Counted from the stretch's first letter, positions 9,345-19,777 are shown. The stretch is DNA of 58,795 bases from Desulfurivibrionaceae bacterium (GCA_041662645.1 JBAZSA010000001.1:1-58795); one strand, 5' to 3'. Notes: generated from the letters alone by a model not told the origin. Numbers and translations are program-made.

Positions 9345-10196
9345 ATGTTGCAAAAGGTGAAAACCCTGCTTGAGATGATCAAGTTCGGGCACACCATTTT
9401 TGCCCTGCCCTTTGCCTTGATCGGGGCTTTCCTGGCAAAACGGGGGGTTCCCGAGGCAGCCACCTTCGGCTGGATCATCCTGGCCATGGTTGGCGCCCGG
9501 ACTGCGGCCATGGGCTTCAACCGCATCGCCGACCGGAAATTTGACGCGGCCAATCCTCGCACTGCGGACCGGGCTATCCCGGCTGGCGCGGTGCGGCTGG
9601 CGGAGGCCTGGTCCATGGTTTTCCTCTTCACCATGTTGTACTTTTTCGCCTGTTATCAGCTCAACCCGCTCACCCTGAAGTTGTCTCCCTTCGCGCTCGG
9701 GCTCACCTTTCTCTACTCCCTGACCAAGCGTTTTACCTGGCTTTGCCATGTGGTGCTCGGTATTGCCCTGGCTTTTTCTCCCTTGGGCGGCTGGGTCGCA
9801 GTCAAAGGGAACCTTTTTGACTTCCCCGTTGTCCTTTCACTGGGGGTACTTTTTTGGGTGGCAGGGTTTGATACGGTATACGCCTGTCTTGATGCTGATT
9901 TTGACAGGCAGGCAGGGCTCTTTTCCCTGCCTTCGCGGTTCGGCCGGGAAAAAGCTTTCAAACTAGCGGTTTTTTTTCATGCTCTGGCCTTTCTTTTGTT
10001 TATTCTCACGGGTATAGTGTCAGGATTGAGTTTTTATTATTACCTGGGAATTGCTCTCACGGCCGGGGCTCTTTTTTATCAGCATATCGCCGTTAACCCC
10101 AAGGATCTGTCCCGGATTCAGCTTTCATTTTTTACAATGAACGGACTTATCAGTCTTACCTTGTTTGTGGCAACCTGGCTTTCGTTGGTCGTTTGA
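9345..10196 (+). CDS. ubiA: UbiA-family polyprenyltransferase (MqnP type)
   Basis: IKFGHTIFALPFA, NRIADRKFDAANPRTADR, GFDTVYACLDADFD aspartate-rich motifs; multi-TM. Confidence 0.85.
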   Translation: MLQKVKTLLEMIKFGHTIFALPFALIGAFLAKRGVPEAATFGWIILAMVGARTAAMGFNRIADRKFDAANPRTADRAIPAGAVRLAEAWSMVFLFTMLYFFACYQLNPLTLKLSPFALGLTFLYSLTKRFTWLCHVVLGIALAFSPLGGWVAVKGNLFDFPVVLSLGVLFWVAGFDTVYACLDADFDRQAGLFSLPSRFGREKAFKLAVFFHALAFLLFILTGIVSGLSFYYYLGIALTAGALFYQHIAVNPKDLSRIQLSFFTMNGLISLTLFVATWLSLVV

Positions 10197-10227
10197 CCGG
10201 AAAAATCTCATAATCAAAGGAACTGTC

Positions 10228-11229
10228 ATGCAATTTAAAAAATTTCATAAAGCCGTTCTTGTTTCGTTCGCCCTTGGGGCCACCGTTTTTTTGGCAACCA
10301 GCGCATGGTCCAAGCCGGTAAAAAAGGCTGAAGAGGTCGCTGCCATTGTCAATGGCGAGCCCATTGTTACCGCCGCTGTGCAGGGAGAGATAAAGGGAAT
10401 TCTCGGCCGTCTTCAGGAACAGGGCCGCAAGCCCAGCGAAGCCGAGATGGCATCGCTCCGCGAATCCGTTCTCGACAAGATGATCAAGCTCGAACTGTTG
10501 AGCCAGGAGAGCAAGAAAGCCGGGCTCGCTGTCAATGCTGCGGATATTGACAATGAGCTGAAGGGATATAAAAAGGGTTTTGCCGACGACAAGGCCTTTG
10601 CCAAGGCCCTTGGCGAGGCAGGCATCACCGAGGCTGAGTTGCGCAAGCAGATTGGTAAAAATCTGGCGATCCAGAAATTCATCGACACCAAGTTCAAGGG
10701 CAAGGTCCAGGTAACCGAGCAGGAGGCCAAGGATTTCTATAACAAAAATCAGGACAAGTTCAAACAGCCTGAAATGGTGCATGCCCGCCATATCCTGGTT
10801 ACGGCAAAAGAAACAGAGCTCAAGGCGGATAAGGATCGCAAGCGCGCAAAACTTGTTCAGATCAAAAAACAGTTGAAGGATGGCGGTAATTTTGCCGATT
10901 TGGCCAAGCAGTTCTCAGATTGTCCAAGCAAGGCGCGGGGCGGGGATCTGGGCTTTTTCCCCAGAGGCCAGATGGTGAAGCCTTTTGACCAGGCGGTTTT
11001 CAAAATGATGCCCGGTGATGTCAGCGACATCGTGGAAACGGAATTCGGCTATCACTTGATCAAGCTGGAAGAGAAGAAGCCGGCCAAGACGGTGACCTTT
11101 GATGAGGCAAAAGCCAAGATTACCGCCTATCTCACCCAGGAAAAAGTCACTGCCAATATCGAGGCATTTCTTGCCGAGGCCCAAAAAAAGGCTACCATCA
11201 AGATTTTGAGCCCCCAGGCAAAAAAATAG
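10228..11229 (+). CDS. Periplasmic parvulin-type peptidyl-prolyl isomerase (SurA/PrsA-like)
   Basis: Signal peptide, SurA-like N-domain, HARHIL..FADLAKQFSDCPS..GGDLG..FGYHLI. Confidence 0.9.
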   Translation: MQFKKFHKAVLVSFALGATVFLATSAWSKPVKKAEEVAAIVNGEPIVTAAVQGEIKGILGRLQEQGRKPSEAEMASLRESVLDKMIKLELLSQESKKAGLAVNAADIDNELKGYKKGFADDKAFAKALGEAGITEAELRKQIGKNLAIQKFIDTKFKGKVQVTEQEAKDFYNKNQDKFKQPEMVHARHILVTAKETELKADKDRKRAKLVQIKKQLKDGGNFADLAKQFSDCPSKARGGDLGFFPRGQMVKPFDQAVFKMMPGDVSDIVETEFGYHLIKLEEKKPAKTVTFDEAKAKITAYLTQEKVTANIEAFLAEAQKKATIKILSPQAKK

Positions 11230-11255
11230 ATCCCCACGGAATTTCAGTGGATTTG

Positions 11256-11290
11256 GGCCATGGCTTATAGCAGCCATGGCCTTTTTTTGT
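11256..11290 (+). terminator. Rho-independent terminator
   Basis: GGCCATGGCT-tatagc-AGCCATGGCC followed by T7. Confidence 0.8.
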
Positions 11291-11369
11291 TTTGTTAAGG
11301 AGAAGGGCTAAGAAGCGTTTTGTTGGCGCTGATGCGCCCAGGCCCGCGCTGACCGGTTCTCAGAGCAGC

Positions 11370-13634
11370 CTAGCAGAATGAGGGGTCGCTGCAGTAGAGC
11401 TGGCGGAACTTTTCCATTTCCCGCCGGACTTCCGGGGCAAGATCAAGGTCATAGCGGGCGACATATTCCGCCGCCATGCGGTGGGTGTTGAATATGGGGC
11501 AGTTGAGGGTGAGGTTGGCAATGCATTTGTCGATATACTGCTCGTGCAAGGCTGGATCGTAAAACAACCGCAGCATTTCCGGGAAAACAGCATAGAACGA
11601 GGCCGAGTCTTCGTTGTAGAGAAGGGATGATGGCTGCTCGCTGAAATGTTCCGGGGAGACTGACTCTTCATAGCCGAATTTCCAGCCCGTTTGGCCATTG
11701 TGATACCCCTCAACCCACCAGCCGTCCATGATGCTGACATTGGGCACGCCGTTCATGGCGGCTTTCATCCCGCTGGTGCCGCTGGCTTCCAGGGGGCGCT
11801 TGGGGCTGTTTAGCCAGGCGTGCGAACCGGAAACCATCATCTTGGCCAAGTGCATGTCGTAGCCCGGAATGAAGATCAACTTGGCCAGTCCATTACTTTT
11901 CAGGTACAGCTCTTCCTGGACAGCCAATACACTTTTGATCAAATCCTTGCCCGGTTCATCCGAGGGATGGGCCTTGCCCGCGTAGATGAAATTCACTGGC
12001 CAGTTGTTTTCCGTAATCATTGCCGCCAACCGGTCCAGATCTTCAAAGATCAGATCCGCCCGTTTGTAGGTGGAAAAGCGGCGGGCAAAACCCAAGGTGA
12101 AGGTCGTGTGCTCAAGGGTCGCCTCTTTTTCGCTGCGATAGGAAAGATAGTTGGGCGGATCAATCCAGGTCGCAAGGCGCTGGTTGCGATGGGTGATGAG
12201 CATCCGGTTGATATAATTGATCAGGACCTTTGTGTCTGTGCGCCAGGCTTGCTCAAAATAGGTGCGGAATTTGGTGTTTTGGTGCAGGGACCCAGCCCCG
12301 GCAAAAACGCTGGGATCTCTCCGCCAGTTGTGCAATTCTGGAAAAGTATCGTACAGTTCCGCCTTGGCATCGCTTGTCCAGGTAAGATGGTGCACCCCAT
12401 TGGTGATGGCCGTGATTTTATCCGCATACTGCGGGAACTGTTTTTGGGTTACCTCTTTGTGAAGGCGGCTCACGCTGTTGGTGGTCCGGTTGAGCTTCAT
12501 GGCCATGGCCGTGAAATTGTAAACGGAGTGGTCATGTTCTTCCAGGGCCAGGAGATTCAGGATGCGCTTGCAGAACGGGTTTATCAACTCTTCATAGACG
12601 GAGATGTGGAAGCGGTCATGTCCTGCCTTGACCGGGGTATGGATGGTGAAGACAAGGCGCTTGGCAACTTCCGTGGCAGCGGTGAGGATATCGTGGTCGG
12701 TGGTCTTTTTTTCGTACTGGGAGCCGTATTTTTTCTCAAGGAACCGGGTGATCAGGGAGAGGACAACGCCCACCCCGTGTTGTTCGTTCAAATGGATGGT
12801 GCGGGAGGTGATGCCCAAGGCTTCCATGACCGGGATAACACCGGCGCCCAGCAGCCGGCGTTGGGTTGCTTTCACCTTTTCGGAGCTGCTGTCGTAAAGA
12901 TGTTGCGCGGCATCCTGAATCCAGGCGGGGGATTGCGGAGTCTGGTAATCAAGAAGAATTTCCGGCACAAAGGAGTCGAGCCCTTCGTTTATCTCCATTT
13001 TGAGCCACAATCTGGCGTGGGCCACGGATTGTATCCCTTGGAGATTATAAAAAGGAACTTTGATGGTAAGAGGTTTCGTTGGTGATTCCGGATCGTGCAA
13101 CTGATACAGCCCGGGTGTATTTTCCGGATCCCATTGCGAAGCCCAGGCTACCTGTCCAATTTTTGAGTCGACCATCTGGGAAAAATATCCCTTCCGGTAC
13201 AGCAGGGATATTCCGAGCACCGGGATTTTGCAGTCCGAGAAACTTTTCAGGGTATCTCCGGCAAGGATGCCGAGGCCGCCGCTGTAGTTGGGGATTTTGA
13301 CCGGACCGTGCAAGAACAGCTGCAGGAAGCGATTGATAGTCTCATCCGGATGTTCCGTTATTTCAAGCCGCTGGAGCTTGTTTCGCACCGGATGAAAGAC
13401 ATCCAGGTCCGCCCCAATTTCCATGGAGATGTAGGTGACGGATTCGCCGGTCGGGTCTGTGAGTGCCTGCCATACCGAATCGAGAACTTTTTGGGAGACG
13501 CCGAAAAAAGTACCGAATTTGTTGGTGGCGAGCATGTCCTGGATATTATGATTGTCCTCTGGCAATGCCTGGGATTCGAGGGGCTTTATTTTTTTAGAAC
13601 CGGTTTTGCTATGGGGCATAGGGGGAGATTTCAT
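11370..13634 (-). CDS. glgP: Alpha-glucan (glycogen) phosphorylase
   Basis: YSGGLGILAGD, HLNE, FARRFSTYKRA, AGKAHP, EASGTSGMKAAMNG (PLP-binding Lys). Confidence 0.93.
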   Translation of the reverse strand: MKSPPMPHSKTGSKKIKPLESQALPEDNHNIQDMLATNKFGTFFGVSQKVLDSVWQALTDPTGESVTYISMEIGADLDVFHPVRNKLQRLEITEHPDETINRFLQLFLHGPVKIPNYSGGLGILAGDTLKSFSDCKIPVLGISLLYRKGYFSQMVDSKIGQVAWASQWDPENTPGLYQLHDPESPTKPLTIKVPFYNLQGIQSVAHARLWLKMEINEGLDSFVPEILLDYQTPQSPAWIQDAAQHLYDSSSEKVKATQRRLLGAGVIPVMEALGITSRTIHLNEQHGVGVVLSLITRFLEKKYGSQYEKKTTDHDILTAATEVAKRLVFTIHTPVKAGHDRFHISVYEELINPFCKRILNLLALEEHDHSVYNFTAMAMKLNRTTNSVSRLHKEVTQKQFPQYADKITAITNGVHHLTWTSDAKAELYDTFPELHNWRRDPSVFAGAGSLHQNTKFRTYFEQAWRTDTKVLINYINRMLITHRNQRLATWIDPPNYLSYRSEKEATLEHTTFTLGFARRFSTYKRADLIFEDLDRLAAMITENNWPVNFIYAGKAHPSDEPGKDLIKSVLAVQEELYLKSNGLAKLIFIPGYDMHLAKMMVSGSHAWLNSPKRPLEASGTSGMKAAMNGVPNVSIMDGWWVEGYHNGQTGWKFGYEESVSPEHFSEQPSSLLYNEDSASFYAVFPEMLRLFYDPALHEQYIDKCIANLTLNCPIFNTHRMAAEYVARYDLDLAPEVRREMEKFRQLYCSDPSFC

Positions 13635-13996
13635 TGATCAGCAGGGGCTCGCGGGAATATAAAAGCCGGGATTTTGTTGCCTGGGATGCACAGAAAAACC
13701 AAAAAATAAACGATTAATCCGTGTTGTTTCACAGATTAATAAAATATCATGTGTTCTCCCTGTCCTGCAAGTTAATTATGCAGGCAGGCCCGAAGGCCAG
13801 CTAATGTTTGTTTTAAAAACTAGTTTTTTCAGTAGGTTGTAGCGCTTCGTAATGTGATGCAATATATGAAAAAACACATTGAAATTTCATAAAGAGTTCT
13901 GTATCATCGTTATGATAATTTTATTATACTTAATTGTATAAGGGGTTGTTTTTATATAAAAATCTGTCATAAGATGCATTAGGAGGAAGGAGAGAA

Positions 13997-14533
13997 ATGA
14001 AAAAAGGAATTCTGCAGTATCTGGCAATGGCGTGTGTTGTTGTTTCCCTTTCCCTTTTGGCTGGCGGTTGCGCCAAGCAAAAGGTGCAGAGCGATAAGGA
14101 CATGGCTGGCGGATCGGCTCCCGCCTTGGGCCAAGAAGAGTCTCTTGCTTCAAAGTGGGTTGGCGGCGACAGTGGCGCTGTTTTGGAAGGACGGACCACC
14201 GCCCCGATGCTGCCCATTTACTTTGATTTTGACAAATCCGACATCCGTGCGGACCAGAAGGATCGTATCAAGAAAAATGGCGAACTCCTGATCGGTTCCG
14301 CTCAGGCCCGTGTCCGGGTTGAAGGCAATACCGATGAGCGTGGCACCAACGAGTACAACATGGCTCTTGGTGAGAGACGTGCCGTGACCGCCGTGAAGTA
14401 TCTTGTAAACATGGGCGTTGCGGAAGGCCGGATTGACACCCTCAGCTTTGGCGAGGAGAAGCCCCTCAACCTCGGCCATGATGAAATGGCTTGGTCGCAG
14501 AATCGTCGCGATGACTTTGTTATTGTCAAGTAA
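13997..14533 (+). CDS. pal: Peptidoglycan-associated lipoprotein (OmpA-like)
   Basis: Lipobox LAGGC; IYFDFD, EGNTDERGTNEYNMALGERRA, NRR; AGGAG RBS. Confidence 0.9.
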   Translation: MKKGILQYLAMACVVVSLSLLAGGCAKQKVQSDKDMAGGSAPALGQEESLASKWVGGDSGAVLEGRTTAPMLPIYFDFDKSDIRADQKDRIKKNGELLIGSAQARVRVEGNTDERGTNEYNMALGERRAVTAVKYLVNMGVAEGRIDTLSFGEEKPLNLGHDEMAWSQNRRDDFVIVK

Positions 14534-14565
14534 GCTGCTTCTTTATTAAGAAGATTGTTGTACCT

Positions 14566-14604
14566 GAGATGGGAGCATGCTTGTGTTCCCATCTCTTTTT
14601 TTTT
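14566..14604 (+). terminator. Rho-independent terminator after pal
   Basis: GAGATGGGAGCA...TGTTCCCATCTC followed by T9. Confidence 0.8.
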
Positions 14605-14672
14605 CTTTGTGGTGCTGCAGGTTATGGCGCGATACCTGAAAAAAAATTGCCGATAACGAACCGGAGACATGT

Positions 14673-15227
14673 ATGAAGATGAAATTCCTTGGGGGGCTGT
14701 TGTGTGTGTGTGTGGTGTTGTGCGTCTCTTCGGTGTTTGCCCTTGCGGCCCCGGAACGAGGGAAGATCGCCACGATCAGCATCCAGAAAATTCTTGGCGG
14801 TTCCAAAGCTGCGCTGGATGCTCAAAAAATTCTGCAAGCGGAAGTTGACAAGTTTCAGGCAAGGTTCAAGGCGGATGAAGATGCCCTGACTGCTATGAAA
14901 AATGATATTGAAAAGAAGGGTTCTGCCTGGAGTGATGAGGTTCGCACGGAAAAAGAACGTGAATACCAGAAGAGGCTGCGCGACTATGGTATGAAAACCG
15001 AGGATGCGAAACTTGAGATGCAGAAGCTTGAGAAGAAACACATGGAGCCGATCCTGAAGCAGCTGCATGATATTATCGCTGAGGTCGGCAAGAAAAATGG
15101 CTATGCTTTGATTCTCGAGAACACCATGAAAGGACTGCGCAACCGCACGGGGTTGCTCTATGCTGATGATACTCTTGATATCAGCGATCAGGTTCAGAAG
15201 GAGCTTGATGCCCGCCTGAAAAAATAA
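14673..15227 (+). CDS. skp: OmpH/Skp periplasmic chaperone
   Basis: Signal peptide, KIATISIQKIL, long coiled coil, GYALIL..DISDQV. Confidence 0.85.
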   Translation: MKMKFLGGLLCVCVVLCVSSVFALAAPERGKIATISIQKILGGSKAALDAQKILQAEVDKFQARFKADEDALTAMKNDIEKKGSAWSDEVRTEKEREYQKRLRDYGMKTEDAKLEMQKLEKKHMEPILKQLHDIIAEVGKKNGYALILENTMKGLRNRTGLLYADDTLDISDQVQKELDARLKK

Positions 15228-15250
15228 TTTTGCGCTTAAAGTTGTTAATC

Positions 15251-15290
15251 AAAAGAGGCGTTGCGGTGATTCTACTGCAACGCCTCTTTT
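15251..15290. terminator. Bidirectional-type terminator hairpin after skp
   Basis: AAAAGAGGCGTTGCGGT...ACTGCAACGCCTCTTTT. Confidence 0.75.
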
Positions 15291-15448
15291 GGTTGGGATT
15301 CTGTCCTCGGTACAAAAATATCAATCCATCTATCCTGGATGCGACAGAGGGAACTGATTTTAAAGAAATAGCCATACCGGTCAACATGCGGCGGCCCCAA
15401 AAAAATCAAAGATCAAGGCAAGCCGGAAAGGAATGGAAATTATTTCTA

Positions 15449-15474
15449 TATATACAGATTGATTTCTGTATATA
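15449..15474. promoter_or_regulatory. Perfect 10-bp inverted repeat, candidate transcription factor site
   Basis: TATATACAGA-ttgatt-TCTGTATATA overlapping TATAAT (15471-15476). Confidence 0.4.
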
Positions 15475-15652
15475 ATTTTCATGCGGCGATGCGTCACACA
15501 CATCGTTTGTTTTTTTGCGTCAAAAGAAACAGGGGCAAATGGCCCCTGTGGGAAAATTATTGAACTGCGGAAAATCTGAAAGGGAACAAGAAAAAACGCT
15601 GGCTGAGTCCGTCGTTTTTTATACGGAGATCAATCTTTCCAAGGAGTAAGTT

Positions 15653-16408
15653 ATGGCGAGAAATATAATTATCTTGGACAGCTCAGCCAGCATGCGGCGC
15701 ATAATTCGGACCATGATTCAGGCCACGGTAAATGATGCGGTTGTCTCCGAAGCTCAGGATGCCGAAGAGGCGCGGGGCCTCATCGAAGATGCCCATTACC
15801 ATCTGGTAATCTTTTCAAGGGAGTCTTCCGGGAAAAAATGGCTTGAATTCGCCCGGAAACGACTTGCCCTGCCAGAGGCGCAAAGAACAAATTTTGTTCT
15901 TTTCACCTCAATGAGGAAACAAGATTATATTGAAGAGATAAGGCGCTATGGCATCGAGGAATATTTCACTATCCCCTGCGCCCCAAATGTTCTCGGGGAA
16001 CTTATTACCAGGCTATGCACCCCATTTTCCATGCGTAAAGCCAGGCGTTACAGTGTTCCTGACGCCATTGCCAGTCTGGAGCAAGGGGGCAACAGTTTTC
16101 CTGCTGAAATTGTTAATTTCAGCGAGGGGGGGCTGCTGTGCGAGCTTGACGCGTCTTCGCAGTTCAATTGGTGTATGCCGGCAATGATCGGCCTGGAGCT
16201 CAACCTTGAAGATGCAACGCTGAAAGTTGCGGGGTTATATTCCGTGGTCAGGCGTCTCATGGTGGTTGAATCGAATACGGATTACTCGCCCAGACGTATC
16301 CGCTTGGCCTGCAGGTTTATCAATGTTCCGGAGGAAAGCAAGAAGCAATTACTGCAGGTTTTCGAGGTGATTGAAAAACAGGAAGGGTTGCTCGGAAACG
16401 AAGATTAA
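15653..16408 (+). CDS. Atypical receiver domain fused to PilZ domain
   Basis: REC-like N-terminus (IIILDSSASMRRII); PilZ motifs RKARR and NFSEGG; AAGGAG RBS. Confidence 0.75.
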   Translation: MARNIIILDSSASMRRIIRTMIQATVNDAVVSEAQDAEEARGLIEDAHYHLVIFSRESSGKKWLEFARKRLALPEAQRTNFVLFTSMRKQDYIEEIRRYGIEEYFTIPCAPNVLGELITRLCTPFSMRKARRYSVPDAIASLEQGGNSFPAEIVNFSEGGLLCELDASSQFNWCMPAMIGLELNLEDATLKVAGLYSVVRRLMVVESNTDYSPRRIRLACRFINVPEESKKQLLQVFEVIEKQEGLLGNED

Positions 16409-16475
16409 AAACCGTTGTAAATAGATCACCCTGTCATTTTCACCCTTCGGTGACGAGATAGTTGTGTCACGACAT

Positions 16476-18368
16476 TTAGCGCTGCTTCCCGCACAGGGCA
16501 AGGGCCTCGACGATGATCGCCGGTCCATCGATATTTCCCTTATGGCGAAGCTGGGCCTGGGTACCGTGTTCCATGAATTTGTCCGGCAACCCCAGCACTT
16601 TTGTCTGAATGGACCAAAGGTTCTTTTGGGCAAAAAGTTCCAAAATGGCGCTGCCAAAGCCGCCCTTTTTCACGTTGTCCTCAATGGTTATCACCTTGCC
16701 GGTTTGGCTGGCCCACTTGCAGATCAACGCATCGTCCAGGGGCCGGACAAAGCGCGGGTTGATCACCGCCGCCTCAATCCCGAGTTTTTCCAGACCCGTT
16801 GCCGCCTCCAGCGCGGCAGCAACCCTGTTGCCGATGGGAAGCAGCAGGATGTCCTTTCCTTCCCTTAGAAGCTCGCCTGTTCCCAAGGGGAACCGTTGCA
16901 GCACCTCGTCCAGGGCGACGCCTTCGCCGTTGCCGCGCGGATAGCGGACTGCCGCGGGGCCGGGGTGCAGAATGGCCGTGTGGAGCATGTGTCGCAGCTC
17001 ATTTTCATCCTTGGGGGCCATGATCACCAGATTGGGGATGAAGCGCAGGAAGGAAAGGTCGAACACCCCGTGGTGGGTGGGGCCATCGTCGCCGACCAGG
17101 CCGCCCCGGTCAATGGCCAGGGTGACGGGCAGGTTGGGCAGGCAGACATCGTGGATAATCTGATCAAGCGCCCGCTGAAAAAAGGTGGAGTAGATTGCCA
17201 CCACCGGCAGTAATCCTTCCGTGGCCATACCTGCCGCATAGGTGACGGCATGCTGTTCCGCGATGCCCACATCAAAAAAACGTTCTGGAAAGCGCTGGGA
17301 AAAATCGTTTAAGCCGGTGCCAACGGGCATGGCGGCAGTGATGGCGACAACCCGGGGATCCTTTTCCGCGATTTGCACCAGGGTTTCGCCAAAGATCTTG
17401 GTGTAGCTGGGCGGGGCCGGAGGGGAGGGGACGGGCAGGCCGGTTTCGATGCAAAATGGGCCGACCCCGTGAAAATCGCCCGGGTTCTTTTCCGCTGGCT
17501 CGTAACCCTTGCCCTTGGTGGTCAGGACATGGATGAGCGTGGGGCCGGTGCTGAAATCGCGGACATTGCGCAGGGCCTCAATGAGGTTTTCCAGCTTATG
17601 GCCCGGCAGGGGGCCGATGTACTCGAACTTGAGGGCCTCGAAGAGCATGCCGGGGGTAAAGAAGCCCTTGAGGCTCTCCTCGCTTTTCTTGAGCACCGAG
17701 AGGATGTTCTCCCCCACGTTGGAGAAGGATTTGAGGAAATGTTCCATCTCCTTCTTGACCCGCACCGCTGTCTTGCTGGTCAGTTTTCTGCTTAAAAAAC
17801 TGGAAAGCGCTCCCACATTGGGGGAGATGGACATCTCGTTGTCATTGAGAATGACGATGAGATCCTTGTGGAGATGCCCGGCTTGATTGAGGGCCTCGAA
17901 GGCCATGCCGCCGGTCATGGAGCCGTCTCCGATTACGGCGATGCTCTTGTGGCGGTCGCCTTTAAGATCCTTGGCCGTGGCAATGCCCAGGCTGGCCGAG
18001 ATCGAGGTGCTGCTGTGGCCGGTATCAAAGGAGTCAAAGGGGCTTTCCGCCCTTTTGGGAAAGCCGCTGATCCCCTGGTACTGGCGCAGGGTGTGGAACC
18101 GATCCCTGCGGCCGGTGATCAGCTTGTGGGTGTAGGCCTGATGGCCCACATCCCAGACCACTTTGTCTTCCGGGGTATCGAAAACATAATGGATGGCCAG
18201 GGTGAGCTCGACCACACCCAGGCAGGGGGCCAAGTGTCCGCCGGTCTGGGAAACGGTCTGGATGATCGTCTCTCTGATCTCCGCAGCCAGCGTCTCGAGT
18301 TGTTCTACCGAGAGCTTTTTAAGGTCGGTGGGGGAATTGATGGTGTCCAGCAAGGGGGTATGGCTCAT
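16476..18368 (-). CDS. dxs: 1-deoxy-D-xylulose-5-phosphate synthase
   Basis: [50 protein letters not shown]. Confidence 0.97.
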   Translation of the reverse strand: MSHTPLLDTINSPTDLKKLSVEQLETLAAEIRETIIQTVSQTGGHLAPCLGVVELTLAIHYVFDTPEDKVVWDVGHQAYTHKLITGRRDRFHTLRQYQGISGFPKRAESPFDSFDTGHSSTSISASLGIATAKDLKGDRHKSIAVIGDGSMTGGMAFEALNQAGHLHKDLIVILNDNEMSISPNVGALSSFLSRKLTSKTAVRVKKEMEHFLKSFSNVGENILSVLKKSEESLKGFFTPGMLFEALKFEYIGPLPGHKLENLIEALRNVRDFSTGPTLIHVLTTKGKGYEPAEKNPGDFHGVGPFCIETGLPVPSPPAPPSYTKIFGETLVQIAEKDPRVVAITAAMPVGTGLNDFSQRFPERFFDVGIAEQHAVTYAAGMATEGLLPVVAIYSTFFQRALDQIIHDVCLPNLPVTLAIDRGGLVGDDGPTHHGVFDLSFLRFIPNLVIMAPKDENELRHMLHTAILHPGPAAVRYPRGNGEGVALDEVLQRFPLGTGELLREGKDILLLPIGNRVAAALEAATGLEKLGIEAAVINPRFVRPLDDALICKWASQTGKVITIEDNVKKGGFGSAILELFAQKNLWSIQTKVLGLPDKFMEHGTQAQLRHKGNIDGPAIIVEALALCGKQR

Positions 18369-18410
18369 TGTGGCCTTTTTTCCTCCGGGAGTGCCCTGGC
18401 GGGTGTCCGG

Positions 18411-19301
18411 TTAGTTGTTTCGTTCGTATATATACCGGGCAATGGCGCGGAGCGGCTCGGCTTTGGCGTCAAAAATTTCCAGGGCGGTCACGGCCTCATC
18501 AACAGCATCCTTGGCCATGACCTTTGTTTTGGCAACGCCGAAAAAGGCGGGGTAGGTTGCCTTGTTCCGCTGGGCGTCGGCTCCGGCGGTCTTGCCGAGA
18601 TCCGCCGTGGTTCCTTCAACATCCAGCAGGTCGTCGACTATCTGAAAGGCAAGGCCGATCCGCGCGCCGTATCGGCTTAAGGCGGCGAATTGTTGTTCGT
18701 CACCCTTGCCGAAGATGGCCCCGGCCTGCACCGAGGCGGTAATAAGGGCGCCGGTTTTGTAGCCATGGATGAGCCGCAGATGCTCAAAGTCGATTGCCTG
18801 GCCCTCTGCGGCAAGGTCCAGGGATTGGCCCCCAACCATACCCACGGGCCCGATGGCCTTGGCGATGATGTTGATCATCCTGAGCTGTGATTCCGGGGAG
18901 GTTCCCTGGAGGGCATCGGGATGGCTCATCAGTTCAAAGGCGAAGCTGAGCAGCCCGTCCCCGGCCAGGATGGCTTCCGCTTCGCCGAACACCACATGGC
19001 AGGTCGGTTTGCCGCGCCGGAGGTCATCGTCGTCCATGGCAGGCAGATCGTCATGGATCAGGGAATAGGTGTGGATGCATTCCAGGGCGCAGGCCACGGG
19101 CAACAGAGGGGTGGTGGCGGCGTGCAGGGCCTCTGCCGCGGCCAGGGCCAGGATGGGACGGATTCTCTTGCCCCCGGCGAACAGGCTGTAGCGCATGGCC
19201 TTGATATGGTTGGCCAACGGTCCCTCTTCCGGCAGCATATAGCGCGCCAAGGCCTGTTCGACAACCGCGCATTGTTGCGTCAGATATTTTTTAACGTCCA
19301 T
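18411..19301 (-). CDS. ispA: Farnesyl diphosphate synthase
   Basis: GGKRIRP, SLIHDDLPAMDDDDLRRGKPT, FQIVDDLLD. Confidence 0.93.
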   Translation of the reverse strand: MDVKKYLTQQCAVVEQALARYMLPEEGPLANHIKAMRYSLFAGGKRIRPILALAAAEALHAATTPLLPVACALECIHTYSLIHDDLPAMDDDDLRRGKPTCHVVFGEAEAILAGDGLLSFAFELMSHPDALQGTSPESQLRMINIIAKAIGPVGMVGGQSLDLAAEGQAIDFEHLRLIHGYKTGALITASVQAGAIFGKGDEQQFAALSRYGARIGLAFQIVDDLLDVEGTTADLGKTAGADAQRNKATYPAFFGVAKTKVMAKDAVDEAVTALEIFDAKAEPLRAIARYIYERNN

Positions 19302-19339
19302 GACTGGGAAATTTCCGTGGGTTGCAAGCGAGACACGTG

Positions 19340-19588
19340 CTAGGCGTCGTCTTCATCGGGAGTTGTGCCGGAAGTGTCAAAGGGAACGCTGATGAGTCTG
19401 CCGTCTTTTTTTAACAGAAGATCGACTTTCTGCTGCGCTTCTTCCAGCTTGTGGTTGCACAGCTCTGCCAGTTTGATCCCCTCGTCGAATTTTTTCAGGG
19501 ATTTTTCCAGGCTCAGGTCGCCGTTTTCCAGTTCCCGGGTGATCTGTTCCAGCGATTCCAGGGCTTCTTCAAAAGATTTTTTGGACAT
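19340..19588 (-). CDS. xseB: Exodeoxyribonuclease VII small subunit
   Basis: [33 protein letters not shown]; GGAGG RBS; conserved xseB-ispA-dxs order. Confidence 0.93.
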   Translation of the reverse strand: MSKKSFEEALESLEQITRELENGDLSLEKSLKKFDEGIKLAELCNHKLEEAQQKVDLLLKKDGRLISVPFDTSGTTPDEDDA

Positions 19589-19777
19589 GATCCCTCCCGA
19601 GGTTTCTTGTAAAAGAAAATTCCTCGTCTGACGGCAACTATGAATGTAATCTTCTAAAATAAATGAAGTTGCGGTTCTGGGCAATGTCTTTCCAAAAAAA
19701 CATGAGTATGGTAGGTTGGCTGGGCATCGTATGCTCATGTCCGGCCGGTATAAAACGCTTTTTTGAAGAAAAACTCC

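Noticed and set aside
13902-13930. Fur-box-like TATCAT-N4-ATGATA upstream of pal
   Set aside because: Weak match in a very AT-rich spacer; chance occurrence is plausible
15446-15481. LexA SOS box-like CTGTATATA half-sites
   Set aside because: The half-sites face outward (CAG-N8-CTG); no CTG-N10-CAG is formed
15500-15650. Possible c-di-GMP-I riboswitch upstream of the PilZ gene (GGCAAA present)
   Set aside because: GGCAAA is part of a simple hairpin; the GNRA-loop stem and following GCAAA/receptor stem could not be found by eye. An Rfam scan would settle it
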